From an uncultured candidate division Zixibacteria bacterium (GTDB lineage: Bacteria > Zixibacteria > MSB-5A5 > GN15 > FEB-12): DNA of 64,000 bases. Position 1 is the stretch's first letter, and each line of letters begins with the position of its first letter. The position numbers and the translations under genes are program-made. Below, one piece after another: positions 50,410 through 60,302 of this stretch. Location: the NCBI GenBank assembly GCA_963664195.1, contig OY760907.1, positions 416,001 through 480,000 on the forward strand, written 5' to 3'. The notes beneath the pieces are model-generated. The model was not told the origin of the DNA. It worked only from the letters and a program-made list of their open reading frames with translations, and searched no databases.

Positions 50410-51342
50410 ATGACCGAACGTGTCATCAAAATCGGGTCGCGTGGCTCCAAACTGGCCCTGGCCCAAACCAACCAGATTATCTCGCTTATCAAGGAGCAGG
50501 CACCTGCTGTCCTGATCGAATTGGTGACGATTACGACCTCCGGCGACGCCGATCGCAAGACGGCGCTTGAGCAAATCGGCGGTCAGGGGCTGTTCACGAA
50601 AAAGATCGAACAGGAACTTCTCGACGGCAATATCGATATAGCAGTACACAGCGCCAAAGACCTGCCCTCGGTTATGACTGCGGGGCTGGTTATAGGTGCC
50701 GTGCCGGAGAGAGAAATCGTGAACGATGCTCTGATGGCAGAGAAGGGCGTTAATGTCCAGAATCTACCGGGGGGCGCGAAAGTAGGCACCGGATCACCCC
50801 GAAGACGCGCACAGTTGTTACATCTCAGGCCTGACCTACGAATTGAGGGGATCCGGGGAAATGTGGAAACCCGACTTCGGAAATTGGCTGAAGGCAAGTA
50901 CGACGCGCTCATCATGGCCGCTGCCGGACTCAAACGACTGAACCTGATTGATCACATATCTGAGCTACTCGATTCTGAAACCTACACCCCGGCCCCCGGA
51001 CAGGGAGCCCTGGTCATTCAAACACGCAAAAACGATCAGGCCTGCCTGAACCTGCTGGAGCATATCGATCACACGGTCTCCCATCGGTGCCTCGATATCG
51101 AACGCCTTCTGTTGGCCAAGCTGGGAGCAGGGTGCTCTTCGGCGGTGGGCGGTCTGGCTTCGATCGATAACGGCTACGTCAGGTTGAGCGCGGTCGTTTT
51201 GGACAGGACCGGCAAAACGCGGTTGCACGCCGATGAACGTGTGGGTGACGAGACAGCGAATGAAATTCTGGTCGACACGGTGGTGGAACAATTGTCGAAG
51301 CTGGGTGCGACGACGCTGATTGCGGAAGGTAACCGAACATAG
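50410..51342 (+). CDS. hemC: Hydroxymethylbilane synthase
   Basis: GSRGSKLALAQ, AVHSAKD, RGNVETRL, PAPGQG, LGAGC. Confidence 0.96.
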   Translation: MTERVIKIGSRGSKLALAQTNQIISLIKEQAPAVLIELVTITTSGDADRKTALEQIGGQGLFTKKIEQELLDGNIDIAVHSAKDLPSVMTAGLVIGAVPEREIVNDALMAEKGVNVQNLPGGAKVGTGSPRRRAQLLHLRPDLRIEGIRGNVETRLRKLAEGKYDALIMAAAGLKRLNLIDHISELLDSETYTPAPGQGALVIQTRKNDQACLNLLEHIDHTVSHRCLDIERLLLAKLGAGCSSAVGGLASIDNGYVRLSAVVLDRTGKTRLHADERVGDETANEILVDTVVEQLSKLGATTLIAEGNRT

Positions 51343-52901
51343 TGTATTCTGAAAACGAAAATACCGGGACGGTTTTTCTCGTCGGTGCTGGCCCGGGCGA
51401 CCCGGGTCTCATCACGGTACGCGGATTCAAGCTGCTGCAGGCGTGTGACGTCGTGGTGTATGACAATCTCACTCCCGACGAAATCATCCTCACCCTTCCA
51501 CAGCGAATAGAACGGCGGTATGTCGGGAAAAAAGCGGGAGAGCATTCCCTGCCGCAGGACAAGATTAACGAGTTGCTCGTCAGCTTCGCCAAAGAAGGCA
51601 AATCGGTGGTCCGACTCAAAGGCGGTGACCCGTACGTGTTCGGTCGGGGCGGCGAGGAGGCGCGATTTTTGAAACAGCACGGCGTCTCGTTTGAAATCGT
51701 CCCCGGCGTGACAGCCGGTGTGGCCGGTCCGGCGTATGTCGGCATCCCCACCACGGATCGAGAGAAGTCATCGTTTGTCATGTTCCTTACCGGACACAAA
51801 GCGGCCAACAAAGAGTTTTCCTCGGTGCCGTGGGAGTGGGTCGGGGGCGCAAAGAACGGCACGATTGTTATTTATATGGGGGTCGCAGAACTGCCCGGTA
51901 TCGTTGAGAAACTGCTCGCATCCGGAATGTCGCCCGACACTCCCGCCGCCGCGATTGAGCGGGGCACTTTCCCTACACAACGACTGGTAAAAGCCAGACT
52001 GGCCGACTTGCCGGAGACAGCAAAGACGTCAGGTCTCACCCCCCCATCGCTCTTTGTGATTGGGAACACGGTGGACCTGTCGGAGTCTTTGACCTGGCTG
52101 GACCACAAGCCGCTGTTCGGCCTCCGCGTTCTGATTACCCGTCCCGCTGATCAGGCGGATTGGGTGTACGAAAGCCTTCGTGAGTTGGGCGCCGAGGTGC
52201 TTCCGCATCCGACGATTGCCACCAAACGAGGATTCGACGCGGACGGTTGGGAGAAGGTCAACGCCTGTACGTCGGATGACCGCTGGCTCCTGTTCACAAG
52301 CGAAAACGGCGTGCGCTATTTCTTCGAGCAATGGATGTACGAACAGGGAGATGTTCGCGGACTGGCCAAATACAAGATCGCCGCGGTTGGTGCCGGCACT
52401 GCGCGAGCGCTGGGTCAGATTCACCTGACGCCTGATTTCGTACCGAACAAAGCAACAACGGCTGCTATGGCACAGCAAATGACCGAAGAGCTGCAGCTCA
52501 AAAGCGCGACTGTCGTGCGAGTGCGCGGCAATCTCGCCGATGACCGGGTTGAGGCAGCGCTTGAATCAGCCGGGGCGAACGTCATACCGTTGACCTGCTA
52601 CGAGACTTACACGCCGGAGTGGAGCAGCGAGGCAAAAACGAAACTGTTCGCCTATCCGCCGGACGTCATCATGTTCACGAGCGGCTCGACTGTCTCCGGT
52701 CTGGCAGAAGTACTCTCCGCAGAGGAACTGAGCGAGTTGACAGACGGCACTACCATCGTATCGATTGGCCCGTCGACATCGAAGACAATCGAATCGCATG
52801 GGATGACAGTACATCTCGAAGCGGGCACACACACTATACCGGGTATAATCGAAGAGCTGGTTGCTTATCACAAAGAGAACCCCATGGGGAGGTCGAAATG
52901 A
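51342..52901 (+). CDS. cobA/hemD: Uroporphyrinogen-III C-methyltransferase / uroporphyrinogen-III synthase fusion
   Basis: VGAGPGDPGLIT, RLKGGDPYVFGRGGEE; C-terminal LITRP, FTSENGV, FTSGSTV, SIGPST. Confidence 0.93.
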   Translation: MYSENENTGTVFLVGAGPGDPGLITVRGFKLLQACDVVVYDNLTPDEIILTLPQRIERRYVGKKAGEHSLPQDKINELLVSFAKEGKSVVRLKGGDPYVFGRGGEEARFLKQHGVSFEIVPGVTAGVAGPAYVGIPTTDREKSSFVMFLTGHKAANKEFSSVPWEWVGGAKNGTIVIYMGVAELPGIVEKLLASGMSPDTPAAAIERGTFPTQRLVKARLADLPETAKTSGLTPPSLFVIGNTVDLSESLTWLDHKPLFGLRVLITRPADQADWVYESLRELGAEVLPHPTIATKRGFDADGWEKVNACTSDDRWLLFTSENGVRYFFEQWMYEQGDVRGLAKYKIAAVGAGTARALGQIHLTPDFVPNKATTAAMAQQMTEELQLKSATVVRVRGNLADDRVEAALESAGANVIPLTCYETYTPEWSSEAKTKLFAYPPDVIMFTSGSTVSGLAEVLSAEELSELTDGTTIVSIGPSTSKTIESHGMTVHLEAGTHTIPGIIEELVAYHKENPMGRSK

Positions 52902-53899
52902 GTTTTCCGGTAAATCGCGGACGACGGCTCCGTAAGAGCGCAGCCATGCGCAATCTCGTGTGTGAGACGAGGCTGCATCCGGCCGATTTCATCTACCCGA
53001 TTTTTGTAAGTGAGTTGATTGACAGACCGACGCCAATTGAATCGATGCCGGGTATTTCCAATTTTCCCGTGCATCTGGTTGCCGCCGAGGCCGACCGCGC
53101 CTTCAAGCTCGGCATCCCGGGCGTAATTCTGTTTGGCACGCCCGCAAAAAAAGACGCCACCGGCTCCGAATCGCTCAAAAGCGACGGAATCATCCAGCAG
53201 GCGGTGAAAAAGATCAAATCGGCCAATCCAGAAATCCTCGTGATCACCGACGTTTGCCTGTGCGAGTACACCGCTCACGGCCATTGCGGCGTGATCGAAA
53301 ACGACGATGTGGCAAACGACCCGACGCTTGAGATCCTCGCGATGCAGGCGGTGAGTCATGCCGAAGCAGGCGCAGACATGATTGCTCCGTCGGACATGAT
53401 GGACGGTCGGGTGGCAGCGATTCGTGCGGCTTTGGACCTGAAGGGATTCACCAACACGCCGATCATGGCCTATTCCGCAAAATACAGCTCTGCATTCTAC
53501 GGACCGTTCCGTGAGGCTGCCGGTTCCGCACCTCAATTCGGAGATCGACGCACCTACCAGATGGACCCTCCCAACGCCGAGGAAGCAATGCGGGAAATCG
53601 CCTCTGACATCGAGGAGGGCGCAGACATCGTAATGGTCAAGCCGGCGCTGTCGTACCTGGACATCATCGCCGGCGCGAAAGCGAGTTTTGATCTGCCGAT
53701 TGCGGCGTACAACGTCAGTGGTGAATACGCAATGGTCAAGCAGGCGGCCGCCTCTGGAATCGCCGACGAAAAGCGGCTGACACTCGAAATCCTGACCTCG
53801 ATCAAACGGGCCGGGGCCGACATCATAATTTCCTACCACGCTCCACAGGTGGCAGAGTGGCTCGCCGAAGATACGCACACTTCGACAGGATCTGTATAA
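52898..53899 (+). CDS. hemB: Porphobilinogen synthase (Zn-type)
   Basis: DVCLCEYTAHGHC, APSDMMDG, MVKPA, YNVSGEY; GGAGG RBS. Confidence 0.96.
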   Translation: MSFPVNRGRRLRKSAAMRNLVCETRLHPADFIYPIFVSELIDRPTPIESMPGISNFPVHLVAAEADRAFKLGIPGVILFGTPAKKDATGSESLKSDGIIQQAVKKIKSANPEILVITDVCLCEYTAHGHCGVIENDDVANDPTLEILAMQAVSHAEAGADMIAPSDMMDGRVAAIRAALDLKGFTNTPIMAYSAKYSSAFYGPFREAAGSAPQFGDRRTYQMDPPNAEEAMREIASDIEEGADIVMVKPALSYLDIIAGAKASFDLPIAAYNVSGEYAMVKQAAASGIADEKRLTLEILTSIKRAGADIIISYHAPQVAEWLAEDTHTSTGSV

Positions 53900-53925
53900 C
53901 CGGATCGATGGAAGGAATGAACGAT

Positions 53926-55209
53926 ATGAGCGCCGATAGCTCGCAACAACTGTTTGACAAAGCAGCCAGGATCATCCCGGGCGGAGTTAACTCACCGGTG
54001 CGCGCGTTTGGTTCGGTGGGCGGATCACCGTTCATAGCTGAAAAAGGGGAAGGCCCCTGGCTGCATGATGTTGACGGCAACCGGTATGTGGATTACGTGA
54101 TGTCCTGGGGACCGCTGATTCTCGGACATGCCCGCAAGTCAGTTGTTGAAGTCGTGGCAGAAACCGCCAGGCGGGGCATGTCATTTGGAGCACCTACGAG
54201 AAACGAACTTGATCTTGCGGCGCTGGTGCGTGAGCGAATGCCCTGGATCGAAAAGCTCCGGCTGGTATCCTCCGGCACCGAAGCCTGCATGACTGCGGCG
54301 CGTGTAGCTCGCGGTGCCACGGGACGAAGAATCGTGGTCAAGTTCGACGGGGGTTACCACGGTCACTCCGACGGTTTTCTCGTGAAAGCCGGATCAGGTC
54401 TGGCGACCGGGAATCTTCCGGCCAGCGCAGGCGTTCCGGAGGAAATCACCAAAGTCACTGCCTCTCTCCCATTCAACGACATTCCCGTCCTTGAGAAGAC
54501 ATTTGCCGACACGGGAGACGACATCGCAGCGGTGATAGTCGAACCGATTGCGGCCAATATGGGCGTCATCCCCCCCGCCGAAGGTTTTCTTGAGAAGCTG
54601 CGCGAACTGACCGAGAAACACGGCGCGGTATTGATTTTCGACGAAGTGATCACCGGCTTCAGAGTCGCTCCGGGCGGCGCGGCAGAGTTGTTTGGCATCA
54701 AACCGGATCTCGTCTGTCTTGGCAAGATCCTGGGCGGCGGACTTCCGATCGGCGGCGTCGGCGGAAAGGCTGAATTGATGGACAATCTCGCGCCCGTCGG
54801 TTCTGTGTATCAGGCGGGCACGCTCTCCGGCAACCCGCTTTCGACAGCAGCAGGGATTGCAACGCTCCGTGAGCTTGGTGACCCGGGCGTGTATCAACAT
54901 TTGGAGCAGTACGCCGAGGAGTTAACCGGGGCCGTTGCCGAATTGGCGTCGAAGCACGAACAGCCGATACAGATAAATCGCAAAGCAAGCCTGTTCACAC
55001 TGTTCTTTTCCGAATGCGAAGTCACTGATTTTGATTCGGCGCAAGCTGCGGATATGAAACGGTACGCCGAATTCTTCCACAGCCTTCTGAAGCAGGGCGT
55101 GTTTGTGGCACCGTCCGGATTTGAGGCCTGGTTTGTCAGCACTGCCCACACGCGAGTGCAACTGGAACTCACCACTGACGCGATTGAGACATTCGTGCGG
55201 GAATTGTGA
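53926..55209 (+). CDS. hemL: Glutamate-1-semialdehyde 2,1-aminomutase
   Basis: PGGVNSPVRAF, SGTEA, FDEVITGFR, LGKILGGG, YQAGTLSGNP. Alternative ATGs at 53908 and 53917. Confidence 0.96.
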   Translation: MSADSSQQLFDKAARIIPGGVNSPVRAFGSVGGSPFIAEKGEGPWLHDVDGNRYVDYVMSWGPLILGHARKSVVEVVAETARRGMSFGAPTRNELDLAALVRERMPWIEKLRLVSSGTEACMTAARVARGATGRRIVVKFDGGYHGHSDGFLVKAGSGLATGNLPASAGVPEEITKVTASLPFNDIPVLEKTFADTGDDIAAVIVEPIAANMGVIPPAEGFLEKLRELTEKHGAVLIFDEVITGFRVAPGGAAELFGIKPDLVCLGKILGGGLPIGGVGGKAELMDNLAPVGSVYQAGTLSGNPLSTAAGIATLRELGDPGVYQHLEQYAEELTGAVAELASKHEQPIQINRKASLFTLFFSECEVTDFDSAQAADMKRYAEFFHSLLKQGVFVAPSGFEAWFVSTAHTRVQLELTTDAIETFVREL

Positions 55210-55252
55210 TATTGGTGTAGATGAGCACGGCAGACACAGATATCATCAGGAC

Positions 55253-55363
55253 TCCCCCTCGTATGTGCGGTAAGGCGACTCCGCCTGACGACTTCTTCCC
55301 TGCAATCATTGACCGTGGATATGCAGTGTCCCACCGGGCCAAACAAGTTTGACCCGGCCACCC
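55253..55363. repeat. Two REP-like elements after hemL
   Basis: 55253-55289 is the near reverse complement of 19919-19955; 55333-55363 is related to 25624-25654. Confidence 0.7.
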
Positions 55364-55462
55364 GAACGTCTCCCAAAACAATCCGCTTGCGATGCCGGAC
55401 TATTATATCTAATTTAGGCTGTTGGAAGCAAATGTCTGTGTCTCGAATCGGAGAGTGGAATC

Positions 55463-55825
55463 ATGGCCAAAATCGCGATAGTCGGTTGCAAGAGAGTGCA
55501 GGATCAGTTGTGTATAGCGTGCGCCAAATGTCTCAAGGCGATGCACAAACGTGAGGGCGAATTCGCCCGCTACAAAGAGGACGACGAACTGGAGTTGGTC
55601 GCGCTGGGCAACTGCGGTGACTGCCCGGGGTTGATCATGCCCAAAATCACGTTGATGAACGAAATCAACGGCATTCTTGATCGGGATTTCGACATCATCC
55701 ATCTGGGCACGTGTGTAGTCAAGGCGAAAAAGACCGGCGACTGCCCACTCGATATTGACAAGATCACAAATCTGGTAAAAGTGAATTTCGGCAAAGAGGT
55801 CGTATTCGGCACGCACGATTATTGA
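55463..55825 (+). CDS. CGGC-domain Cys-rich protein
   Basis: IVGC...CIACAKC, GNCGDCPG, IHLGTC, DCP, GTH. Confidence 0.8.
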   Translation: MAKIAIVGCKRVQDQLCIACAKCLKAMHKREGEFARYKEDDELELVALGNCGDCPGLIMPKITLMNEINGILDRDFDIIHLGTCVVKAKKTGDCPLDIDKITNLVKVNFGKEVVFGTHDY

Positions 55826-55845
55826 TAATTGTTGATGCTTGTGAA

Positions 55846-55878
55846 AAGCCCCTCGACTCTTCATGTGTCGAGGGGCTT
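55846..55878. terminator. Hairpin between convergent genes (probable bidirectional terminator)
   Basis: 12-bp stem AAGCCCCTCGAC/GTCGAGGGGCTT. Confidence 0.7.
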
Positions 55879-55905
55879 CCTGTTATCTATTAGAGACGAC
55901 TCAGA

Positions 55906-56343
55906 TCATCCGTACGGATACATGCCGTTCTTGATGCTCTGGAGCTGTTCCAGCAGCTTGTCGTGCTTCTGCTCGTCGATCAGCAGGAAGTTGATCAGAT
56001 ACTCCTGAACGACCATCTTCTTGCCCTTCAGCGCGGCGAGGGCCTCATTGGCGAGTTCCACAGTCTTCTTTTCGAGTTTGATATGCTCTTCGATCATACC
56101 CCAGACATCAGCCAACTCATCCGGGTTGAGCGCTATGGCTTTGGATTCAAGCGAGCTGGCGATCATGTCCTGCACGCGATAGTGCATCTGGGAGTCGCGC
56201 TGAATGATCTCCATAACCGTGCGGACGATCGGGTTTTCGGTCTTCTCGATAACTTTACCCGTCTGCGCGACACCGGCGTTTTCGATTTTCTGCCAGCGGC
56301 GCATGTTGTTTACGATTGCTTCCTGGACTTCTTTAGTCGACAT
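55906..56343 (-). CDS. Ferritin-like four-helix protein
   Basis: IEN...RDSQMH and LEKK...DEQKH carboxylate/His pairs; GGAGG RBS. Confidence 0.65.
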   Translation of the reverse strand: MSTKEVQEAIVNNMRRWQKIENAGVAQTGKVIEKTENPIVRTVMEIIQRDSQMHYRVQDMIASSLESKAIALNPDELADVWGMIEEHIKLEKKTVELANEALAALKGKKMVVQEYLINFLLIDEQKHDKLLEQLQSIKNGMYPYG

Positions 56344-56530
56344 TGCTTTTCCCTCCTGAGGACGAGCTTTGTGTTTCAATCTGTTATAGGTTCTTTTACC
56401 CTACAATCACTGCCGACAACAAATAGTTCCCGGACGGAGTGTTTTTCGGCAAAAAAGAGGGACATCATGCACCATTCTGATCCGCATTGGAGAATTGCCA
56501 CGATTTCCCACTCAAAGCCGAGGACGAAAC

Positions 56531-56824
56531 CTACGGTGTTTCCTTCGGTCTGGTGCAGTCGCCTCGTCTTACGCAAGCCTCATACCGCAACTCACGGACC
56601 CCCTGCTCCAGCCGGGCCATGTGTTCCACCTCGGAGTAGAGCAGCGGGGAAGCATCGATATTGTTCTCCCGGTTGTGCCGCAGGACCTCTCCGAATACGC
56701 CCGGAGGGGTATAGCCCGAAGCGAAAAAGCTCGCAAAGAGAGTCAGAACTGTCAGTCCAGCGAAAAACCGCAGCCACCTTTTGCCGGGACTGTCGGATGT
56801 TGATTGCCGGGTGTTTGATTGCAT
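56531..56824 (-). CDS. Small hypothetical membrane protein
   Basis: One TM segment followed by NIDASPLLYSEVE; GGAG upstream; 21 nt after the transporter stop. Confidence 0.5.
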   Translation of the reverse strand: MQSNTRQSTSDSPGKRWLRFFAGLTVLTLFASFFASGYTPPGVFGEVLRHNRENNIDASPLLYSEVEHMARLEQGVRELRYEACVRRGDCTRPKETP

Positions 56825-56845
56825 GTCTTTTCTCCGCCTCCGATC

Positions 56846-58183
56846 CTAGATGGAATCCTTGAACAGCACCATAAACGCCATGAACGCCACGAGCAGAGTC
56901 AGTCCCAGATTGAACGACTGCCCCACCACATAAAGGAACATCGGTTTGCCCCCCTCCATGCGCTCGGTGAGATCCCTGAAATTCGACTCCAAACCTATTG
57001 ACACAAATGCCAGGCAGAAGAACCAGCCTCGAAGTGTCTTGGTGATCGGGTTTATGAAGGCGTTTTCAACGGCTTCGACTGCACTACCGTCACCGTGCAT
57101 CATCGGAATCACGACGAACGAGAACAGCAGGGACGCCGCCACAAAACCAAGTACGAATTTGGGGAACCGGTACCAGATTTCCATGATATCCGGTCGGGGA
57201 CCGCCCGGCTTACGATCAACCGAGGTCACCCAGTACACAGCGATAATAAAGGCCATCAGACCAATCAGCACGTTTTGTATCATCTTGACAACCGCCGCCA
57301 CCTGCTCCGCCTCGGGACCGAGCACCGACCCGGCCGCCACGACTGCACCGGTGGAGTCGATAGTCCCGCCCATCCAGGCAGCACCGAGAATATGATTCAT
57401 GCCCAGCATCTTGATACCAAGCGGCATGAAAAACATCATGATCACGGTAAAAATGAGCGTCATACCGACACCAAGAGTCAGATCTTCTTTCTTGGCGCGA
57501 CATGCTGCCGCGGCAGCTATCGCCGCAGAAACGCCGCATACGGAAGTTGCACACGCGATAATCATCACGAGAGGCTTGTTTTTCATCTTCAGCGTGCGGA
57601 TGCCAAAGAACCACATGAAGATGACCACTATTGGTGTGACAATCCAGGCAACCATCAGTCCGGGAGGACCGAGTGACAGGATTTTCTCGAAAAGGACTTC
57701 CGCTCCCATGAGCACGAGTCCTGTCTTGATGTACAACTCAGTTTTGGCTCCTGCCTTGAGCCAGGCCGGAGTGCCTACTGTGTTTGAAATGAGCAATCCG
57801 ACCAGCAACGCCCACATCGCATAGCTAAGTCCCCAGTACTTGATGTCCGCCTGATGGGCCACCCAGTAGGAGATGATCGCCAGAATGAAGACCAATGAAA
57901 ACCCCGCCAGGTATCTCCCGACATTGTCGATCTTCATGAACCAGACTCCTATCGACGTCAACAAGGCGAGGCCGACGAGAAGTCCCAACAGCGGTAGCAG
58001 AGTCGTGCCGGTGGCCACACCGTCGCCGAAGACGGTGAACGCGTCGAGCGGGTTGTCTGTCCATTTGCCTACTTTGGGGATATTGGGAATCCAACCGAGA
58101 AATGCCCCGGCAAAGATCAGGAAACCAAACCAGATAGCCCAGTAGTCTTCGTTTTTCCAGAGAGAATCAATACCTTCCTTCAT
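56846..58183 (-). CDS. YeiH/UPF0324 putative sulfate exporter family transporter
   Basis: NEDYWAIW, YIKTGLVL, SVCGVSAAIA, GGTIDSTGAV, RFPKFVLGF, LAFVSIGL. Confidence 0.85.
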   Translation of the reverse strand: MKEGIDSLWKNEDYWAIWFGFLIFAGAFLGWIPNIPKVGKWTDNPLDAFTVFGDGVATGTTLLPLLGLLVGLALLTSIGVWFMKIDNVGRYLAGFSLVFILAIISYWVAHQADIKYWGLSYAMWALLVGLLISNTVGTPAWLKAGAKTELYIKTGLVLMGAEVLFEKILSLGPPGLMVAWIVTPIVVIFMWFFGIRTLKMKNKPLVMIIACATSVCGVSAAIAAAAACRAKKEDLTLGVGMTLIFTVIMMFFMPLGIKMLGMNHILGAAWMGGTIDSTGAVVAAGSVLGPEAEQVAAVVKMIQNVLIGLMAFIIAVYWVTSVDRKPGGPRPDIMEIWYRFPKFVLGFVAASLLFSFVVIPMMHGDGSAVEAVENAFINPITKTLRGWFFCLAFVSIGLESNFRDLTERMEGGKPMFLYVVGQSFNLGLTLLVAFMAFMVLFKDSI

Positions 58184-58309
58184 ACCGCTTTCCCTCGCTG
58201 CAGAAGTTGGCCGGGGCTTAGTTCCCCGAGTCGTGTGATCAATAGTAGTAAGTATAACGTGTTGAATGCCGAGTCGCAATATTAGAGGCTTCGCTTACCT
58301 GCCGACCGT

Positions 58310-59125
58310 TCATTCGGTAAGAATTTCTATCTCTTTGACGTTTTCAACCTCCGAGAGAACCCCTCGTATGTCTCTCTCCCATATCTCGGTACCCATCATC
58401 GGCTGCGGCCCGGTAATCGTAATCTTGCCGGATGCAGGATCCGCTGAGACTTCGAGAGTCATACCTCGAGTTCGCGCCGAGGAAACCAGGTGAGCTTCAA
58501 TATCTGATTTGAAGTGCATTGCCTTCAGCACCTTGGCTATGTCCTCGCTCTGTGAGAATGGCGGTCGATCGACCAATTGCGCCACCAGATCCGTCATTGT
58601 TTCCGTGTTCATGCGAGCCATGTTGAAGATCAAGTCGTAGTTCACCAGATCACCGTATGCGGCACCATATAGGAATCTTACCCAGCGCTCACGTCGACGG
58701 TCCATGTCGGCAATGTACGCCTCGGCTTCTGCTCTCGTCCGACCGGACTCCTCGATGTGCATTTTGATGCGGAATTCAATATCCGCATCGACCCGAATAC
58801 GCAGCAAATCCGGCACTCCGAAGAGCAGATATTGCCCGAGATGGCCGTCGTAAATGAGGTTGTCCTGGACGACGAAGTCCATGAGGGATGCCCGGTAGAC
58901 CGTAAGATAGTGACATCGTTGGGCAACGTGGCGATCCCATAGAGTAGGAGGTTGTTTGCTGAATGTTGCGGAATCCGCAAGTCGCAGTCCCTGGATTCCC
59001 CATCTTTCGGCGTGCTGTATTACTTCTTCCCTTGTCACCCTTCGGTAACCCAGTTTTTCAGCCAACCTCTCGCCGAACCGCTCGGCCGCACGCAACGATC
59101 CGCGTGTGATTGTGATAATAGCCAT
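58310..59125 (-). CDS. Cytidylate-kinase-like family protein with a degenerate P-loop
   Basis: IITITRG...LAEKLGY, LRIRVDA, DRRRERWVRFLYG, YDLIFN. Confidence 0.72.
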   Translation of the reverse strand: MAIITITRGSLRAAERFGERLAEKLGYRRVTREEVIQHAERWGIQGLRLADSATFSKQPPTLWDRHVAQRCHYLTVYRASLMDFVVQDNLIYDGHLGQYLLFGVPDLLRIRVDADIEFRIKMHIEESGRTRAEAEAYIADMDRRRERWVRFLYGAAYGDLVNYDLIFNMARMNTETMTDLVAQLVDRPPFSQSEDIAKVLKAMHFKSDIEAHLVSSARTRGMTLEVSADPASGKITITGPQPMMGTEIWERDIRGVLSEVENVKEIEILTE

Positions 59126-59211
59126 CACCAACTCTCCAGTAGACGTTTCCGGGGACCGTGGCAGTTGACAGCCACTGAGCTCCCGTCATACCGGCTGCCC
59201 GCGAATACGAT

Positions 59212-60264
59212 TCACAGCCGCCGGGCCTTGTGTTTTCGTAACCCCATCACCAGACGCACAAGAATAGCCGCCGTCCCTGCCCCGGCGGCCCCCATGACAG
59301 AATACGCGGCAAGAGTACCCAGGAAAGAGGAGTCAAAAAACTCCTGTCCCTGCTTGAAGGCCACCGAGACTCCCGCGACAAGAATCATCAGACCGAACAG
59401 GAGGCGAATTCCATAGCCGCGCACATATCGAGTGGCCAGCACCCCGAATTGGGCCCCGATTGCCGCACCTACCAACATTATCATGGCGGCACTCAGTTCT
59501 GTGCGTCCGGCCAGTGAATAGACAAAACATCCGTACGCCGACATGAAGCAGACGCTCAGCAACGAGGTGCCCACAGCTACAGTAGTGGGACAGCCAACAA
59601 GATAGATCAGAGCCGGCAACAGTATGAAGCCACCCCCGACACCCATGAATCCGGAGAGAAAACCTGTAAGCAGAAAAAGCAGGAAAACCATCCAGAATGA
59701 TATGCTCTCTATTCCCGAGGCAGGAAGGGATATTCTCGGTGGCAAGCTGATTCGGTGGATTCGGCTGGCAATCGGGCTGACTCGTTCGACGGGACCGGTA
59801 GACGGACCTCCTGTCGCTTCTTCTTCACGTTTTTGACGTTTTGCTGCCGTCAAGTAATCGTAGGTCATGTAGGTCCCCAGCCCGATGAGAAATACGATAT
59901 ACACGCAGCGCACGACGTCTCCAACATTGCCGATTTTCTCAAGCATGAGGACCAGCCGTTTGCCGATTTCAATACCGGCCACCGAACCTATCAGTGACAG
60001 CGCCCCCAACCGCCAGTCGACGTTACCCATCTTACTGTGTGCCCTGGTGGCAATGATCGACCTGCCGAATATGTTGGCGAGGTCAGTGCCGATAGCATAG
60101 GCCATGGGGAAACCGAAGATGTTGAGAGCAGGAGTAACGATCCAGGCTCCACCAACGCCGAAGAATCCCCCGAGCGTACCGGCGAAGAAACCGATCGAGA
60201 TCAGGACCAGTATGGAAAAGTCATGCTGGCCTGCTATGGGTAGATCAATCGTCAAGGAACCCAA
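59212..60264 (-). CDS. TauE/SafE family sulfite exporter
   Basis: Duplicated GFFGVGGAW...AIGTDL and GFMGVGGGF...AVGTSL motifs; multiple TM helices. Confidence 0.88.
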   Translation of the reverse strand: MGSLTIDLPIAGQHDFSILVLISIGFFAGTLGGFFGVGGAWIVTPALNIFGFPMAYAIGTDLANIFGRSIIATRAHSKMGNVDWRLGALSLIGSVAGIEIGKRLVLMLEKIGNVGDVVRCVYIVFLIGLGTYMTYDYLTAAKRQKREEEATGGPSTGPVERVSPIASRIHRISLPPRISLPASGIESISFWMVFLLFLLTGFLSGFMGVGGGFILLPALIYLVGCPTTVAVGTSLLSVCFMSAYGCFVYSLAGRTELSAAMIMLVGAAIGAQFGVLATRYVRGYGIRLLFGLMILVAGVSVAFKQGQEFFDSSFLGTLAAYSVMGAAGAGTAAILVRLVMGLRKHKARRL

Positions 60265-60302
60265 ATCAAAGCCCCCTTTGCCGGCAGAACCGGCCTCAGC
60301 GA

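Noticed and set aside
55839..55856. TTGTGAA as another Rex site
   Set aside because: No right half-site; it overlaps a terminator between convergent genes.
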